The translations under genes and the position numbers were made by a program. Below the pieces are notes generated by a model that was not told the origin of the DNA, made no database searches, and worked only from the letters and a program-made list of their open reading frames with translations. DNA of 64,000 bases from positions 102,114,001-102,178,000 of the forward strand of contig NC_043006.1 in the NCBI RefSeq assembly GCF_006345805.1, read 5' to 3'. Positions 51,330 through 64,000 of this stretch are shown here, one piece after another (the stretch's first letter is position 1; each line of letters begins with the position of its first letter). Origin of the DNA: Octopus sinensis (Eukaryota).

Positions 51330-51530
51330 ACATACATGCACACGCACACACATACGTATGTATATATATATATATACACAACAGGCTTCTTTCAGTTTCT
51401 GTCTACCAAATCCACTCACAAGGCTTTGGTCAGCCCAAGGCTATATTAGAAGACACTTGCCCAAGGTGCCATGCAGTGGGACTGAACCCAAAACCATGTC
51501 GTTAGGTGGTTAGGAAGCAAGCTTCTTACA
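51330..51530 (-). mobile_element. SINE family A, head fragment
   Basis: Reverse-complement match. Confidence 0.8.
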
Positions 51531-51552
51531 CACAGATGTGCATATATATATA

Positions 51553-51848
51553 TCACCGTGATCACCGTGACCGACCAGGCTATCAGATGTTGTTACACAT
51601 CGCTGGTCACAATGCGTTCACATTGTTTTAGACTTCGAATGACACCACCCCGCTGGCTAAGCGAGCAGGCCAACAGAAGAAAGAGTGGGAGAAAGTGTGG
51701 TGAAAGAGTACAGCAGGGATCACCACCCCCTGCCGGAGCCTCGTGGAGCTTTTAGGTGTTTTCGCTCAATAAACACTCACAACGCCCGGTCTGGGAATCT
51801 AAACCGCAATCCTGTGACCGCGAGTCCGCTGCCCTAACCACTGGGCCA
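51553..51848 (-). mobile_element. tRNA-derived SINE, family D head with a distinct tail
   Basis: Minus strand TGGCCCAGTGGTTAGGGCAGCGGACTC..GGTTTAGATTCCCAG; tail ends (CACGGTGAT)2. Confidence 0.8.
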
Positions 51849-51886
51849 TATATATATACACACACACATACATACATATCTGTTAC

Positions 51887-51923
<37 letters not shown>

Positions 51924-52697
51924 CATACATAGGTAGATGTAGATAGATATGTAGATATAACAATAGTTTGCATATGCAATAAATAACAATATATTTTTGA
52001 GAAGTGAAAATTACTGGATGCTGTGATTTCAAAAGAACGTTTGTGAAGTTTTTTTTGTTTGTTTAATTCCTATTTTACTTGCATGCTTTGTGGTCCTTTG
52101 ATATGTGTGTATGGAGTTGAGTGGTAGTGGGTACAATTGCTACCATTTACAGGAATTCTGGAGCATTTATATAACAATAATGAATGAATTTGCATTCCTG
52201 CAGAAGGAAATAATATTGGAATATAATCAAAGAATGCATCAGACACACCTCCGCCTTCATATATTTTTATTGCCCTCTTTTTCACTCTAACTCATAAAGG
52301 ATTAGTTTAATTCTTAATTTTACTAAACATCCCTGATAGATACAGATATTCATGCATGTATGTATAACATACAAATACACTCACATGCATACACACAACC
52401 ATCCAGATTTAAGCTGTTTCCTTTGATATTGATTAATATATAGATATTAACTTAAATTTCAAAATGTCAGCAATTTAATTTGATTTTTCTTTTGTTTACA
52501 TTAGAGAGAAAATTGCTTGACTCTTTCATAAATGTATTTAATGTGAATTTGGCATCCATCACTTTTCTGTATGATAGTAGAACCATGAGTATGTGACAGA
52601 GTCCTATATTTAGAATATTTTCAGTACCAGAATCCTATCCTTTCTGTAACTCCTTTTCCTGTTTCCAGAGACAGTAATTGCTCTCTCTATAAATATG

Positions 52698-52855
52698 TAC
52701 AGGTGTGGCTGTGTGATAAGAAGCTTGCTTCCCAACCACATGGTTCTGGGTTTAGTCCCACTGTGTGGAACCTTGAGCAAGTGTCTTTTACTATAGCCAT
52801 GGGCCAGCCAAAGCCTTGTGGGTGGATTTCGTGGACGGAAATTGAAAGAAGCTTG

Positions 52856-52890
<35 letters not shown>

Positions 52891-53315
52891 TGCAGGTGTC
52901 GGTGTGTAGTAAGAAGCTTTCTTCTCAACCACATGGTTCTGGGTTCATTCCCACTATGTGGCACCTTGGGCCAAGTGTCTTCTACTATAGCCATGGGCCA
53001 GCCAAAGCCTTGTGAGTGGATTTGGAAACTGAAAGAAACCCATCGTATATATGTGTGTGTGTGTATGCATGTATTTATATATCTGTGTGTGTGTGTGCGT
53101 GTGTGTATGTCTTTGTGTTTACGTTTGCCTCCCCCACCCCATCATCACTTGACAACCAGTGTTGGTGTGTTTACGTTCCTGTAACTTAGCAGCTCAGCAA
53201 AGAGACCGGTAGAATAAGTACTAGAACTTAAAAGTAAGTTCTGGGATCAAGTTGTTCACCAAAAACACTCCAAGGCAGTGCTTCAGCATGCCCGCAGTTG
53301 AAGCAAATAAAAGAA
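52698..53315 (+). mobile_element. SINE family A head (52698-52860) followed by a full copy (52890-53315)
   Basis: Two heads in tandem separated by (TA)n. Confidence 0.82.
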
Positions 53316-53985
53316 TTAAAAAAAAATTAATTAAATATTTTGTTTATTATTATTTTTATTTACTGATGTCATTTCATTTGTTTTCCAATCAGCATGGCTT
53401 AGTCTAGCTGCTTTGTCTGTTCTTCATTATTTAGGTATTGATATATCGAGAGCGACTGTTCTGACATGGGAACTTATATTTGCATTTTGTCCATAGTGGG
53501 GTATAGCTCATATATTTTGGAGTAGTTTTTCAATGGGGAGAGCCATTAGTTCTTCTCCAATAAAGACTTCTTCCCTAGTCATTAAATGCTCTTCCACAAT
53601 ACAGCATAGCTCACACTTTGAATTTTATCTACAGTACCCCAGTGTCTATTGCAAAAGGGTTAGGATTAGGAAGAGCATCCAGCCATAGAAACTATGCCCA
53701 AACTGCGACAGCTAGTCATGATACTCTGACCTTGTAAATCTATCTCCAGTAAGAACATTCAGAGTTCCATTTGAATTGCTAAACTAATGCCGAGACGGAT
53801 GATGATGATGATGACGACTCTTACTATAGCAGATCATTCATATCCTCAAGTTCTAATATAATTATCTTCAGCTGAGATAATTTGACAATTTACCCAATTT
53901 TTAGCACATGGTCAAATGTCTCTTTTATGACACAATATTCCCCAAAAATTGAAGTATAAAAAAGCGAGATATTATCAGAAAAGTA

Positions 53986-54378
53986 ATAGGTGTTGCTGTG
54001 TGGTAAGTAGCTTGTTTACCAACCACATGGTTACGGGTTCAGTCCCACAGCATGGCACTTTGTGCAAGTGTTTTCTACTATAGCCTTGGGCCGACCAAAG
54101 CCTTGTGAGTGGATTTGGTAGACGGAAACTGAAAGAAGCCCATCGTATATATGTATATATATGCGTGTGTGTGTTTGTGTGTCTGTGTTTGACCCCCTAG
54201 CATTGCTTGACAACCGATGCTGGTGTGTTTATGTCCCCCGTTACTTAGCGGTTCGGCAAAAGAGACCGATAGAATAAGTACTGGGCTTACAAAAGAATAA
54301 GTCCCGGGGTCGAGTTGCTCAATTAAAGGCAGTGTTCCAGCATGGCCGCAGTCAAATGACTGAAACAAGTAAAAGAGT
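53986..54378 (+). mobile_element. SINE family A, young
   Basis: Near-identical to the 46253 copy. Confidence 0.9.
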
Positions 54379-55417
54379 AGGTGCTTCTCCTTTCAAACTT
54401 GTGAAATATACTAAACATGTAGTTTTTCTTCTAAATTGAGATTCATTAAAATCTATGCTTAATTTCTGGCAACAATGTAACTAAAGTTACAAATTGCAAT
54501 TTTCATTGTAGTCATTTAATTTTTCCTGCTAATATTTTCCATTGTTTAAAAACAACAACAACAACAACAAAAACAGATGAATTATATTACTTAACTCATT
54601 CCATGATATTTCATTTCTTTCTTTTTCTAATTTATTTTGTTTTCAATCTCCCAATTGTTGGTTTCAGAAAATTCAAAATATTGAGAATTTGTTTATTTAT
54701 TTATTTGCAAATTAAATTTATAGTAATTGATGAGGAAACTTAAACTAATATTTTATTTATTGTGATTTTATTTAAAATTATGGTTTTGTTATTTTATTTC
54801 CTGCTTCAATATTTTGCAATTTTTCTTGAAAATATTCTTACCATGCAATTTTTTGATGTAACATCTAATAAAAACCTGTTAACTCCAATCATTTTTATTT
54901 TTAATTTAATTTCTCCAGGTTTTTAATTAAAAATTTGTATTTTTGATGGATCAGCATTAAAAAGTTTTTCAATATTTTCACAAAAAAATTCCAGTAAAAA
55001 CTTTGATTAGCAGCTGATGTTATTTTTTGTTCCTTTATTTTCTGTCAGCATGTGAGAGATTTTGACATTAAAATAGCAAATTTGAACAGAAAATAAAACC
55101 ATTCTTTAGCAAAACAGCATTATCCTCAGCTGACTAAAAAAAGTGATGAAGGAAATTAAATTAATGGATATATATATATTTATAGATATTAGCAAGAGAA
55201 ATAAATAATCAATTTTTGCTCTTCTTAAGTATTTAAAGGCTTATACCCCTCTAGGGGTTGGTTAGTGCGGTAAAGACCTATCCTTTTTAATTAACAGTGA
55301 TTGTTAGGCAAGCAAAGCTGACAGCTTATCACTCACAATCTATCTCTACTGAAGTTAAACCCAGTCTTGAGAACTAGAACAATTGAATTCCAGTTTTACA
55401 GTATTGTTATGGCTGGA

Positions 55418-55641
55418 CCCTCTATCATTTAAACCAGTCATATCTGGCCTAAATATTCTACCTGTTTCATGTTCAAACCAGCTAGATCTGGCTTTCTACA
55501 CCTACCCTATAATATCATTCTAAATTAAACAATCACATCATTGAAATATCAAAGTTACAAGATAATGCATGATTAACTCAATGTAAACCAATCTAAGTCA
55601 ACAAGCATTACATTTGATAGGTTTATCTGGATGCTAAAGGG
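55418..55641. mobile_element. piggyBac-type MITE, family 2
   Basis: CCCTCTATCATTTAAACC ... GATGCTAAAGGG|TTAA; the body is the reverse complement of 37527-37747. Confidence 0.7.
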
Positions 55642-56599
55642 TTAAAATAAACTTTCTAACCTTTTGGCATCCATAAATAGCATCGTCTTAAGGCAGGAGC
55701 ACTGCAGATAGTTGCTTGGACACCTAATGGGTTTAGAAGCCAAATGCTAATCTATGTATGCTGTAGTTTTACATGTCAGAGCATTAAAAGTACATTGCTT
55801 TGCACCAGGGACATAGAATGCCTTTATGATGTCCTTGCTCATTGAGTGCAATGCTTACTTAGAGTTAAGTGAACTGACCCGTTGGTAGTTAACTGTTTAG
55901 TTTGTGAATACAATGCAAGAGAAAGAATATGAACTCACAAACCTCTGGTTGATAGTTTGACACCTACTAACACAGCCATATCTTGTTTTTTAATCTATAA
56001 TTGAAAGATCTTCATTTCATAATTTGTTTTACTCATAATTTTTCATATAATTTCATTTCGTTTAAATTCAGTTTCATTTTGTTAAAAAAAAACTCAAGCA
56101 TCTTTATGAAATAGGTAAATATCAAAACTTAGAAAGCAGCCAGAGTAGCACCATTCTTGAAGATGTATGATGTTGATGCTGAGAACCACTTACTAGAGAA
56201 TGAAGTATTGTATATTAAAGTACAACATTCTCTCTTGGCATTAAATTCTGCACCTGAGCAAGAGAAAATCAGGTGACAGCATGTTATTGAAGTTAGCTAT
56301 GGAACTTGTTTGACCATTGACATCTGATGAAGCAACTAACTATGTTGTAAGTGTAAATGGCTTAATGAAATGGCTTGGAGGCAGAATTTGTTCAAGTAGA
56401 GCTTTCCAATCTAAACATTGGACAAAGATTTAATCAATGTAATCCCTGACAACATGAAATCCTGATTGAAAAGTATCATTCCAGTTGATGTTGTTGCTGT
56501 CGTGATTTACATTCACAAATAAAATCTTGTGTAAAATAAATAATCTATATTTTCATTCATCATCATAATTATCATTTGTGTTTTGACAGCCTCTCATCA

Positions 56600-56950
56600 C
56601 CATTGTTAATGATGATTGGGCAGATCTGTACAGTCACCTTTTATCAACTTAATCTATCATCGGTCAATTCCTTTGCTAACCTTAGATCTCTTAAATCAAT
56701 CCTAACTACCTCGTTCTAGATTTCTGTTGCTCCACCTCTGCACTTGCTATCATTTATCACTGAATTATGGCATTTGTTTAGTTACATATCTACCATTCTA
56801 CATCTCACAGCCATACCAGTCTTTTCTTCTTTGATTCAACATCTCAGGGCTTTAATTTGCATCTGCTTTCTTAGCCTTCCTCTCATCTTAATTTACATTG
56901 CAACCAGGAAATTACATAATTTTCATCTCATTTTAACCTGTTTAATTACA
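56600..56950 (-). mobile_element. Old RTE 3' fragment
   Basis: Minus-strand KCRGGATEI*NEVVRIDLRDLRLAKELTDDR resembles RGRPRKTW.EVV..DL..L.L...MT.DR. Confidence 0.45.
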
Positions 56951-57711
56951 TCTTGTTCTGTCTTGGTTTTATATGATATTCAACTCTTACTACGCAATCT
57001 GTACTAATTGTCTAGTTTCTTCCTGTTCAATGTAAATGAGTCTTTTACCCTCATACGGTTTCATCATCGATTTCATTGTCATATTTTTTTGTTGACTTTC
57101 AGTTATTCCTTTTATTCAAATTCCCATCGTTTTATATTTTTTCATATTTTTAATTTCACATCTAATAGTTAACCAAACAAGACGCATTATTTAACAGGTT
57201 TGAAAATTACCTCAGCATCTGTGCTTGTTTACATTTGTTTTTGTAATGCTGAAGCAAGTTTCTAACTGCAAATGATTAATTCTGTTAGGCAAAGACTACT
57301 GCTATCAATAAAAGCATTTAGTTGCTATTATGAGATGGCTGCTAGCTTAGTGTTTGTTCAGACGATAACATTAAGGACTAGTTCATTTAAGGAATAGGGA
57401 TTTTTATATGATTCAACTGATTTTATATTGAAATACCAGTAATATTGTGGTTGATTTTTTTTAAACACTCATTTGACTTCATCATCTTGCATCATGACAT
57501 TTGACCATTTGCATGTGAAATGTAAGCAAAAGTCCTCTGACATTAAAACGTTGACAAAGTTTTTTAATCTCCCTTCTGTTTTATATGTAGTCTAACTTTC
57601 TATTTAGCAATGTTGTTTATACTTTCACTTCCAGATTTGCTTTAAAGGAGACCTTCAGTTTCTTGTCCATCTTATTTATCTTTCTTTGGCTTCATAATTT
57701 TCTACCCCCAC

Positions 57712-57745
<34 letters not shown>

Positions 57746-57757
57746 GTATATATTTAA

Positions 57758-57797
<40 letters not shown>

Positions 57798-57943
57798 CCC
57801 TGTAACATAGCTCATTGTCCATGTCAAGGTGGAAGTCTGTACATGGTCATTCAAAATGTTAGAAATAACCGAATCTCCTTATTCCATGTCATCTTAAAAA
57901 AGAAGTAAAGACATATTGTTTAATGTACATCACTGATACTGCG

Positions 57944-58329
57944 AGAGTGTAGTGGGTGCTTTTTACGTACCACCAGCACAGAAGCCAGTTGGCTGCTCTG
58001 GCAACGATCATGCTCAAATGGTGCTCTTGGCACCCTACTAGCACAGGCACAAGTACCAGTAAGGTGATGCTGGTAACAATCACGCTTGAATGGTGCCCTT
58101 TAAGTGCCACTGGCACGGAAGCCGGTTAGCCGCTCTGTCAATGATCACGCTCGTATGGTGCTCTTTGCATCCTCCTAGCACGGATGCCAGTCATTGAATT
58201 TGATTTTGATTTTGATTTTGATTGATTTCACTTGCCTCAACAGGTCTTTGCAAGCAGTGTTTTAGTGTCCAAAGAAGGAAAAGGTACGCATTAGTGGGCT
58301 GGTTATGCCCCTGGCATAGACCATGAGAT

Positions 58330-58330
<1 letters not shown>
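57944..58330 (-). mobile_element. RTE-type 3' UTR with internal tandem units
   Basis: GAGAGTGTAGTGGGTGCTTTTTACGT and CTCAACAGGTCTT segments are shared with the RTE 3' UTR at 2.3-2.5 kb; the GGTGC..CCAC..GGCAC unit is repeated. Confidence 0.6.
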
Positions 58331-58366
<36 letters not shown>

Positions 58367-60413
58367 GTGATACCCCAGTGTCACTTTGATGGTGCATGCT
58401 GCTTCCTCACTCAGTAATAATAATATTAGCTGATGCAATGAAACCACATTGCATCTCACTTTCCATTTTGAATGCCTGAAAGGGAACTACTCTTCCTCTC
58501 ATAAAACTTTTGATCATTTACTTCTGTACCATTATTGATTAATTCCAGCAGGTTTGACTAGGATTATTGCTGAATATTGTACCCATTTAATCATGAAGTG
58601 GCAAACTAAAGAGCTTGCCTCTATGTATCACTCAACCTGTTAGAAACAGCAGCCAAATCTCTCTCAAATAACTGACTACCATCATAGGTAAAAATTTACT
58701 GGATAATATGAGTTCTGGATGTATGGTGCCTGTCTATTAGTCATGGCTGGAATACTTTGTGTATGTGTGTGTGTGTAGGCATGGCTGTGGTGTTAAACAA
58801 TTTGCTTTACAACCACAAGATTTTGTATGGCAACCTTGGGCAAGTGCCTTTTACTACAGCTTCAGGCCTTGTGAATGGATTTAGTGGATAAAAACTGAAA
58901 GAAGCCTGTTGTATGTGTGTTCTTGACTTTTCATGATACATTAGTGTTACTGACATAAATGTTACTGACACACAAGCAGTGTCATTCATTTCCAATCATC
59001 CATGAAGTCATGTTCAGCCATAGGGAAATATTACCTTGCATAATGGTTGGTGACAGGAAGGGCATCCAACAGTAGAAAATCTATCTCAACAAATTCCATC
59101 TGACCTATGCAAGCATGTAAAAATATATGCTAAAACAATGAATTTGACGAAGATATATATTTATTGATAAAGTGTTGAAATTATGATGATTTGGGGTCAA
59201 TAACTGATGAGGGGTAAGTGTGTCCATGTCCATTGTGGGTTTTTTCCTGCGTAACATTCATTCCTTCATCTTTTTGAGCCACATTTTATCTATACACGTG
59301 CGCCCACACACCCACACACACACACACACACATATTATATATAAACCCTGGGTCAACTCACAAGTTGACTTGAAGCAAAATAACAACAACCAAGGAGAGT
59401 TGATTTTATCATAATCGTTTTGCTCAAGAGAATAATAACCTATGTTCAAAGTTTAGCTATTTATGGTAATTCTATTCACAAAACAGAAAGAAACAATCTG
59501 CATTTTGTTTTTGTAAATGTCTTGAGCAGTTATCCTCTTTATTCATAGTTCCTAATTTTTTTTTTTCCATATATCTTTACATCTCTTCTTTTACTGTTCC
59601 TCTTATACAAATGCAGCTGCATGTTCCTCCATTAATTGGTGCATTTAAATACTTTGAAGCTTTGTTTTAGTCTTTTTTTTACCTTCTCTTACTTGGTAAC
59701 TAATAGTATAATTTTTGGCAATATGACAACAAATTTCAAAAAACTTTTCTTGAAGATACATTTTCATACAAGTTCAGTTCTCTGTTCTTATTCATGTAAT
59801 TCTAGAATTATGTACTTAACTATTTATTTTACATGTATATTTGTATTCACTGACTGTAATTTTAAATGTATTAAATGCAGAATTTTATGCATAGATATAT
59901 TTGTAGACATATGTTTGGGTACGAACATATTAAAAAGAAATATTTGGTATTGTAAAGTGGCTAATACAAAAGAGTGTTACAAGTGTTTCTTTTTGGTTGT
60001 TCCTTTTGACTTCCATTTCTGAGTTGAAAACCTGCTACACTTAGTTTTATGTTTCAACCTTAATGAAATAAATCCTAACGATGTAGCAGTAGTTTTATTT
60101 TATTGACCAGTCAACTCAGTTTGTTATACCTCATCTCTATAAAATATGGTTTAGAACCTAATCAAAGAAAAATCTTGTGTTGAAAACTTATAAAGCCAAA
60201 CAAGCTAAGCACACATTGACAAGATTAAAAAGTTTGTTTTTAATAACAGAATTAATAAATATTGACAATTTAATTCATAAAACTCCAAATCGAAAAATTA
60301 ATTATTTTATAAATGAAGTTGTCAGCATCCATCAATTATGTTATTAAAAACAAATTTTTAATCATTTCTTTATGTTCTTATTTATTTCTGCTGGTGTGTG
60401 TGTGTGTGTGTGG

Positions 60414-60448
<35 letters not shown>

Positions 60449-61365
60449 ATGAGGTTGTTGTCCATGAGTCAGAGAAAAAGCATACTCTTAGAGAAATGTA
60501 GCCGTTATATTATTTTATATTGTCAAGTGATATATTCCCAGTTATGGCATTTAACTGGTCAGAATTTTGCTGATGTTATCAGGCTGACTATTGCACTTGG
60601 TAATACCGATGACTCTTCAAACAAACTGTCCAGAAGCACACAGCCTCTTTTATCATAGAGGTGTGTATAAATATATGAATAGACCTAGTTAGCTCAGAGT
60701 TGGTAAAAAGAATCAAGATAAAATGTGTAAAGTTACATTGTCCAGAAGGGAAAGAAGATTGATGTCAACTATGGTTAAAGGGTATCAGGTGTGTGTGTGT
60801 GTGATTTTAGTTCAAAAATGGCAATAACCATGATACCTAAACAAATTATCATTCCTGAGGGCAGTAATGAAATACTTCACTTTTCATTATATATGGTGGT
60901 TAAAAGAGGGAGGAATACTATACAAAGTCAACATCACAATAACTTTTACTTGGCAGAGAGGAAATTCATAGAGTCCAGGTGCTTTCCTGAACTCAAAAAG
61001 TTAGATATTTTGTTGCTACTCTTAGCGCATTATTTTGGCACTGTGCTCATCCCCATTCTGGAATTAGAGAATGACAGGCATGTATACACACACACCTGAC
61101 ACTCTTCAGCCATTGCTGATATTGTTCCATGGAAGGCAAATTTTTGTCCCTATTGAAAAATGTTATACTGTTGCACCACATTTTGTTCTAGTGTTTTTTG
61201 GGGTTTTTTTACCAACACTGGATCAACCAGGTCATACATATATATACCTCCAGCATAAAAGAGGTTCTGTGCTTCCAACCAGCATGTATAAACAGTCATC
61301 TGTATCACAGCTATAACCAGTAATATACTGCTCAACAATGTGTGTGTGTATTTATATATGGAATG

Positions 61366-61749
61366 GAAGCACTCCGTCGGTTACGACGACGAGGGTTCCG
61401 GTTGATCCGAATCAACGGAACAGCCTGCTTGTGAAATTAACGTGTAAGTGGCTGAGCACTCCACAGACACATGTACCCTTAACGTAGTTCTCGGAGATAT
61501 TCAGCGTGACACAGAGAGTGACAAGGCCGGCTCTTTGAAATACAGGTACAACAGAAACAGGAAGAAAGAGTGAGAGAAAGTTGTGGTGAAAGAGTACAGC
61601 AGGGATCAACACCATCCCCTGCCAGAGCCTCGTGGAGCTTTTAGGTGTTTTCACTCAATAAACACTCACAACGCCCGGTCTGGGAATCGAAACCATGATC
61701 CTATGACCACGAGTCCGCTGCCCTAACCACTGGGCCATTGCGCCTCCAT
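61366..61749 (-). mobile_element. tRNA-derived SINE, family D, young and full length
   Basis: Minus strand GGAGGCGCAATGGCCCAGTGG (A box)..GGTTTCGATTCC (B box-like); CpG-rich body and tail. Confidence 0.88.
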
Positions 61750-63492
61750 TTATATATATATATGTATACACACACACACACACACAGATTTGTTTCTTAA
61801 GCTTAGTTTTCAGATGTTAACTTGTCACTTAAACACCTTTTGCTATTAGTAAAAGCATAAGCATTCCCATTTCTCTGTAAAACAATGATCATAATCATAA
61901 TAATTGTCATATTTCTTTTACAATGACACTACGCAAGTTTTTCAAGAAAAGGTGTTAGTACTCTAAAACGTAACTAATTATGGAAGATCTTTATTATTAG
62001 TGTAAACTGCCTAGTTTAGACTAAAAATTTAGCATCTGAAATTCTTCATTTCTATTTGTAATATTTGTTTCAATGTCTGCTAAGAATAAAATATCTTTAA
62101 AATCTTGTCATTTTATCAACCAATGAAAACCAATGCTATAAAACTAATGAATGCTCCAAACTAATTAACATAACAAACTAACGAACCCTTAATATTTTTA
62201 TCTTTTGGACAATATAAAAACAATTTTTTAAAAATCATTTTGTAATGAAAGACATCTTTTACTGTTTTGGGATTTTGTTCTTTTAAATTAGCTCATCTGT
62301 GTAATAAACACCTGTTGAATTGAGTGCATAGATGCAATAGCAATTTTTAAAAGATATAGATAATATACATAAGAAAAATTAACAGCAAATTCTTTAGAGA
62401 TAATATTATGGATCCAAAGATGAGATTCGGTGGTTTAATAGTTCTACTTTCCTTTAATGTTAAATGCATTTCCACAAGAGCAAAGTCTATTTTGAATCAC
62501 CAAGATCTCTTCTCCACACCTACCTATTTATTATCCATTACCTTGACTTCGTTGCTGCAAAGTCTATTTTGAAACAGCGAGAACTCTACTGTAGCCCTGC
62601 TGATTATCCATTACATCAATTTCACTCATAAAGAAGCCTTCTTATATAAGATATTAATCTTTAAAATTTTCTGAAACTGAATCAAGTATCACAAATCAAT
62701 TTACTTAAAGAAAATCTCTCGGGAAATTGAAATATCTGAGAATTCTTTGTTCTCAGATATTTCAATTTTTCCCCTTCTCTCTCTTTCCTGTCTTTCTTTC
62801 ACATATGCACATGCATACACACACACACACACAATCTGCAGAGCAAAGCCCCTGATGAATTGTAAAGTTAAGAAGTTAAGGATCTTAAAAAGTGTAACTT
62901 TAACAAAGTGAATATAAAACCAACTCTCTCTCTCTCTCTTTCTCTCTGGTAGATTCGTATGTCTATAACGAAAAAGAAAGAAGGATTGTTGTACTTACTT
63001 TAGTATGTGTTTCATGTTAGTTTGAATAGTAAGGAGAAAGTAAATTTAAGATTAACGATGATACAGTAATGTTTAAACACCTAAAGCTAATGTAACATAG
63101 ATGCCTATCTAATTTTTTCTTCATATATTATGCTAATGAATAGATTGGACTGTTGGCTTAAATACTTACATAAACTGATGTGATCAAACCTTGCCACAGG
63201 CAATGTATTGTGTAATGAATTTTAGATGTGACACATTACATCAGTGAATTTATAGGAAAGGTAGATATTGCTCTAACTTTCATACTTGTGTATTAAGATT
63301 AAGAAATTAAATAACCTGAAACATTACTTTTAAGTTAATTATTCCAAATAATCAAGTACTTAATGAAATCATCTCATCATATTAATACCTATTAATACTT
63401 ACTATACTGAATTGATAATGGTGAGAAAATTACTTTGTTTCTTGTTGTTTTTTTTTTTAAATTACATGGGTTGGATGGTTCTTCAAATTCAC

Positions 63493-63666
63493 CATTATAT
63501 ATTTGCTGGAACAAAGCAGTTGCTTGATATGTATTCATTTTTCTGTTTGCTTTTCCATGCATGATGAATATAAAGTACTCTGTACAATCTGTTAAGTGTT
63601 TGGTATTGACAATGGTATCTGGCCATAGAAACCGACATAAAAGTGAAATATGGTTCTTCAAAGAAC
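63493..63666 (-). CDS. Possible 174-nt internal exon (GSLKNHISLLCRFLWPDTIVN...TALFQQIYNG)
   Basis: Acceptor ctgttcacttag, donor ATG|gtgaat, phase 1-1, frame fully open, unique sequence. No homology recognised. Confidence 0.25.
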
Positions 63667-64000
63667 CTAAGTGAACAGGACCTTTTAATGTGTACCAACT
63701 CTGAGCATGGCAACCTGTCCAACCCATGCCTGTATATAGAGCATTACATAAAAATGACAATGGTGGTGGTGGTGGTGGTGGTGGTGGCAGTAGTAGTTAT
63801 GACTATTTTCTTAATCTAAGGTATAATTCTTTTAGCTATGAAGTTTGAAGAACAGAATTGTTCTAGATTAATTATGTGATGCAGAAGTTGTGAATTTTAT
63901 TGGTTTCTGTCTTTACCGTAAATATTCTGTTGTGTGCTAGAGTAATGCACGTAAATTGTATTGCTTCCATTTCTTCAACTGGTAAAAAGTTTCTATTTTC

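Noticed and set aside
59636-60022. 128-aa plus-strand ORF
   Set aside because: Starts at a non-ATG codon, has F/I/C/K composition typical of AT-rich non-coding DNA, and shows no motif or splice support.
61680-61749. tRNA-like sequence with A and B boxes (also 51790-51848)
   Set aside because: It is the head of a SINE continuing into a shared body, and I could not fold a convincing cloverleaf acceptor stem.

Overview
AT-rich eukaryotic DNA, dense in repeats and microsatellites. The SINE/MITE families and (TA)n/(CA)n/(AAT)n tracts point to a coleoid cephalopod, most likely Octopus (pattern recognition, not a database hit). Most of the window is decayed transposons: at least four tRNA-derived SINE types with swapped head/tail modules, RTE and CR1-like LINE remnants, a 5'-truncated R4/Dong-clade retrotransposon next to a (TAA)n tract, a Helitron PIF1-helicase remnant plus two non-autonomous Helitrons, mariner and DD37D (maT) relics, and piggyBac-type TTAA MITEs. 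Host-gene signal is sparse: one good + strand internal exon (3575-3721, product not recognised), several weak exon candidates, an RFX/NF-Y promoter-like site (~7.5 kb) and a CpG-rich NRF1/ETS promoter-like site (~26.3 kb). Almost all ORFs in the supplied track are repeat artefacts. The best lead is a pair of degenerate minimal hammerhead-ribozyme-like motifs with a U3/A8 core variant in a Penelope-like remnant, copied again by a ~690-bp tandem duplication. Also notable are several long fold-backs (possible dsRNA/ADAR or small-RNA substrates), a head-to-tail SINE stack and (TA)n-associated rearrangements. All alignments were done by eye; repeat coordinates are approximate.
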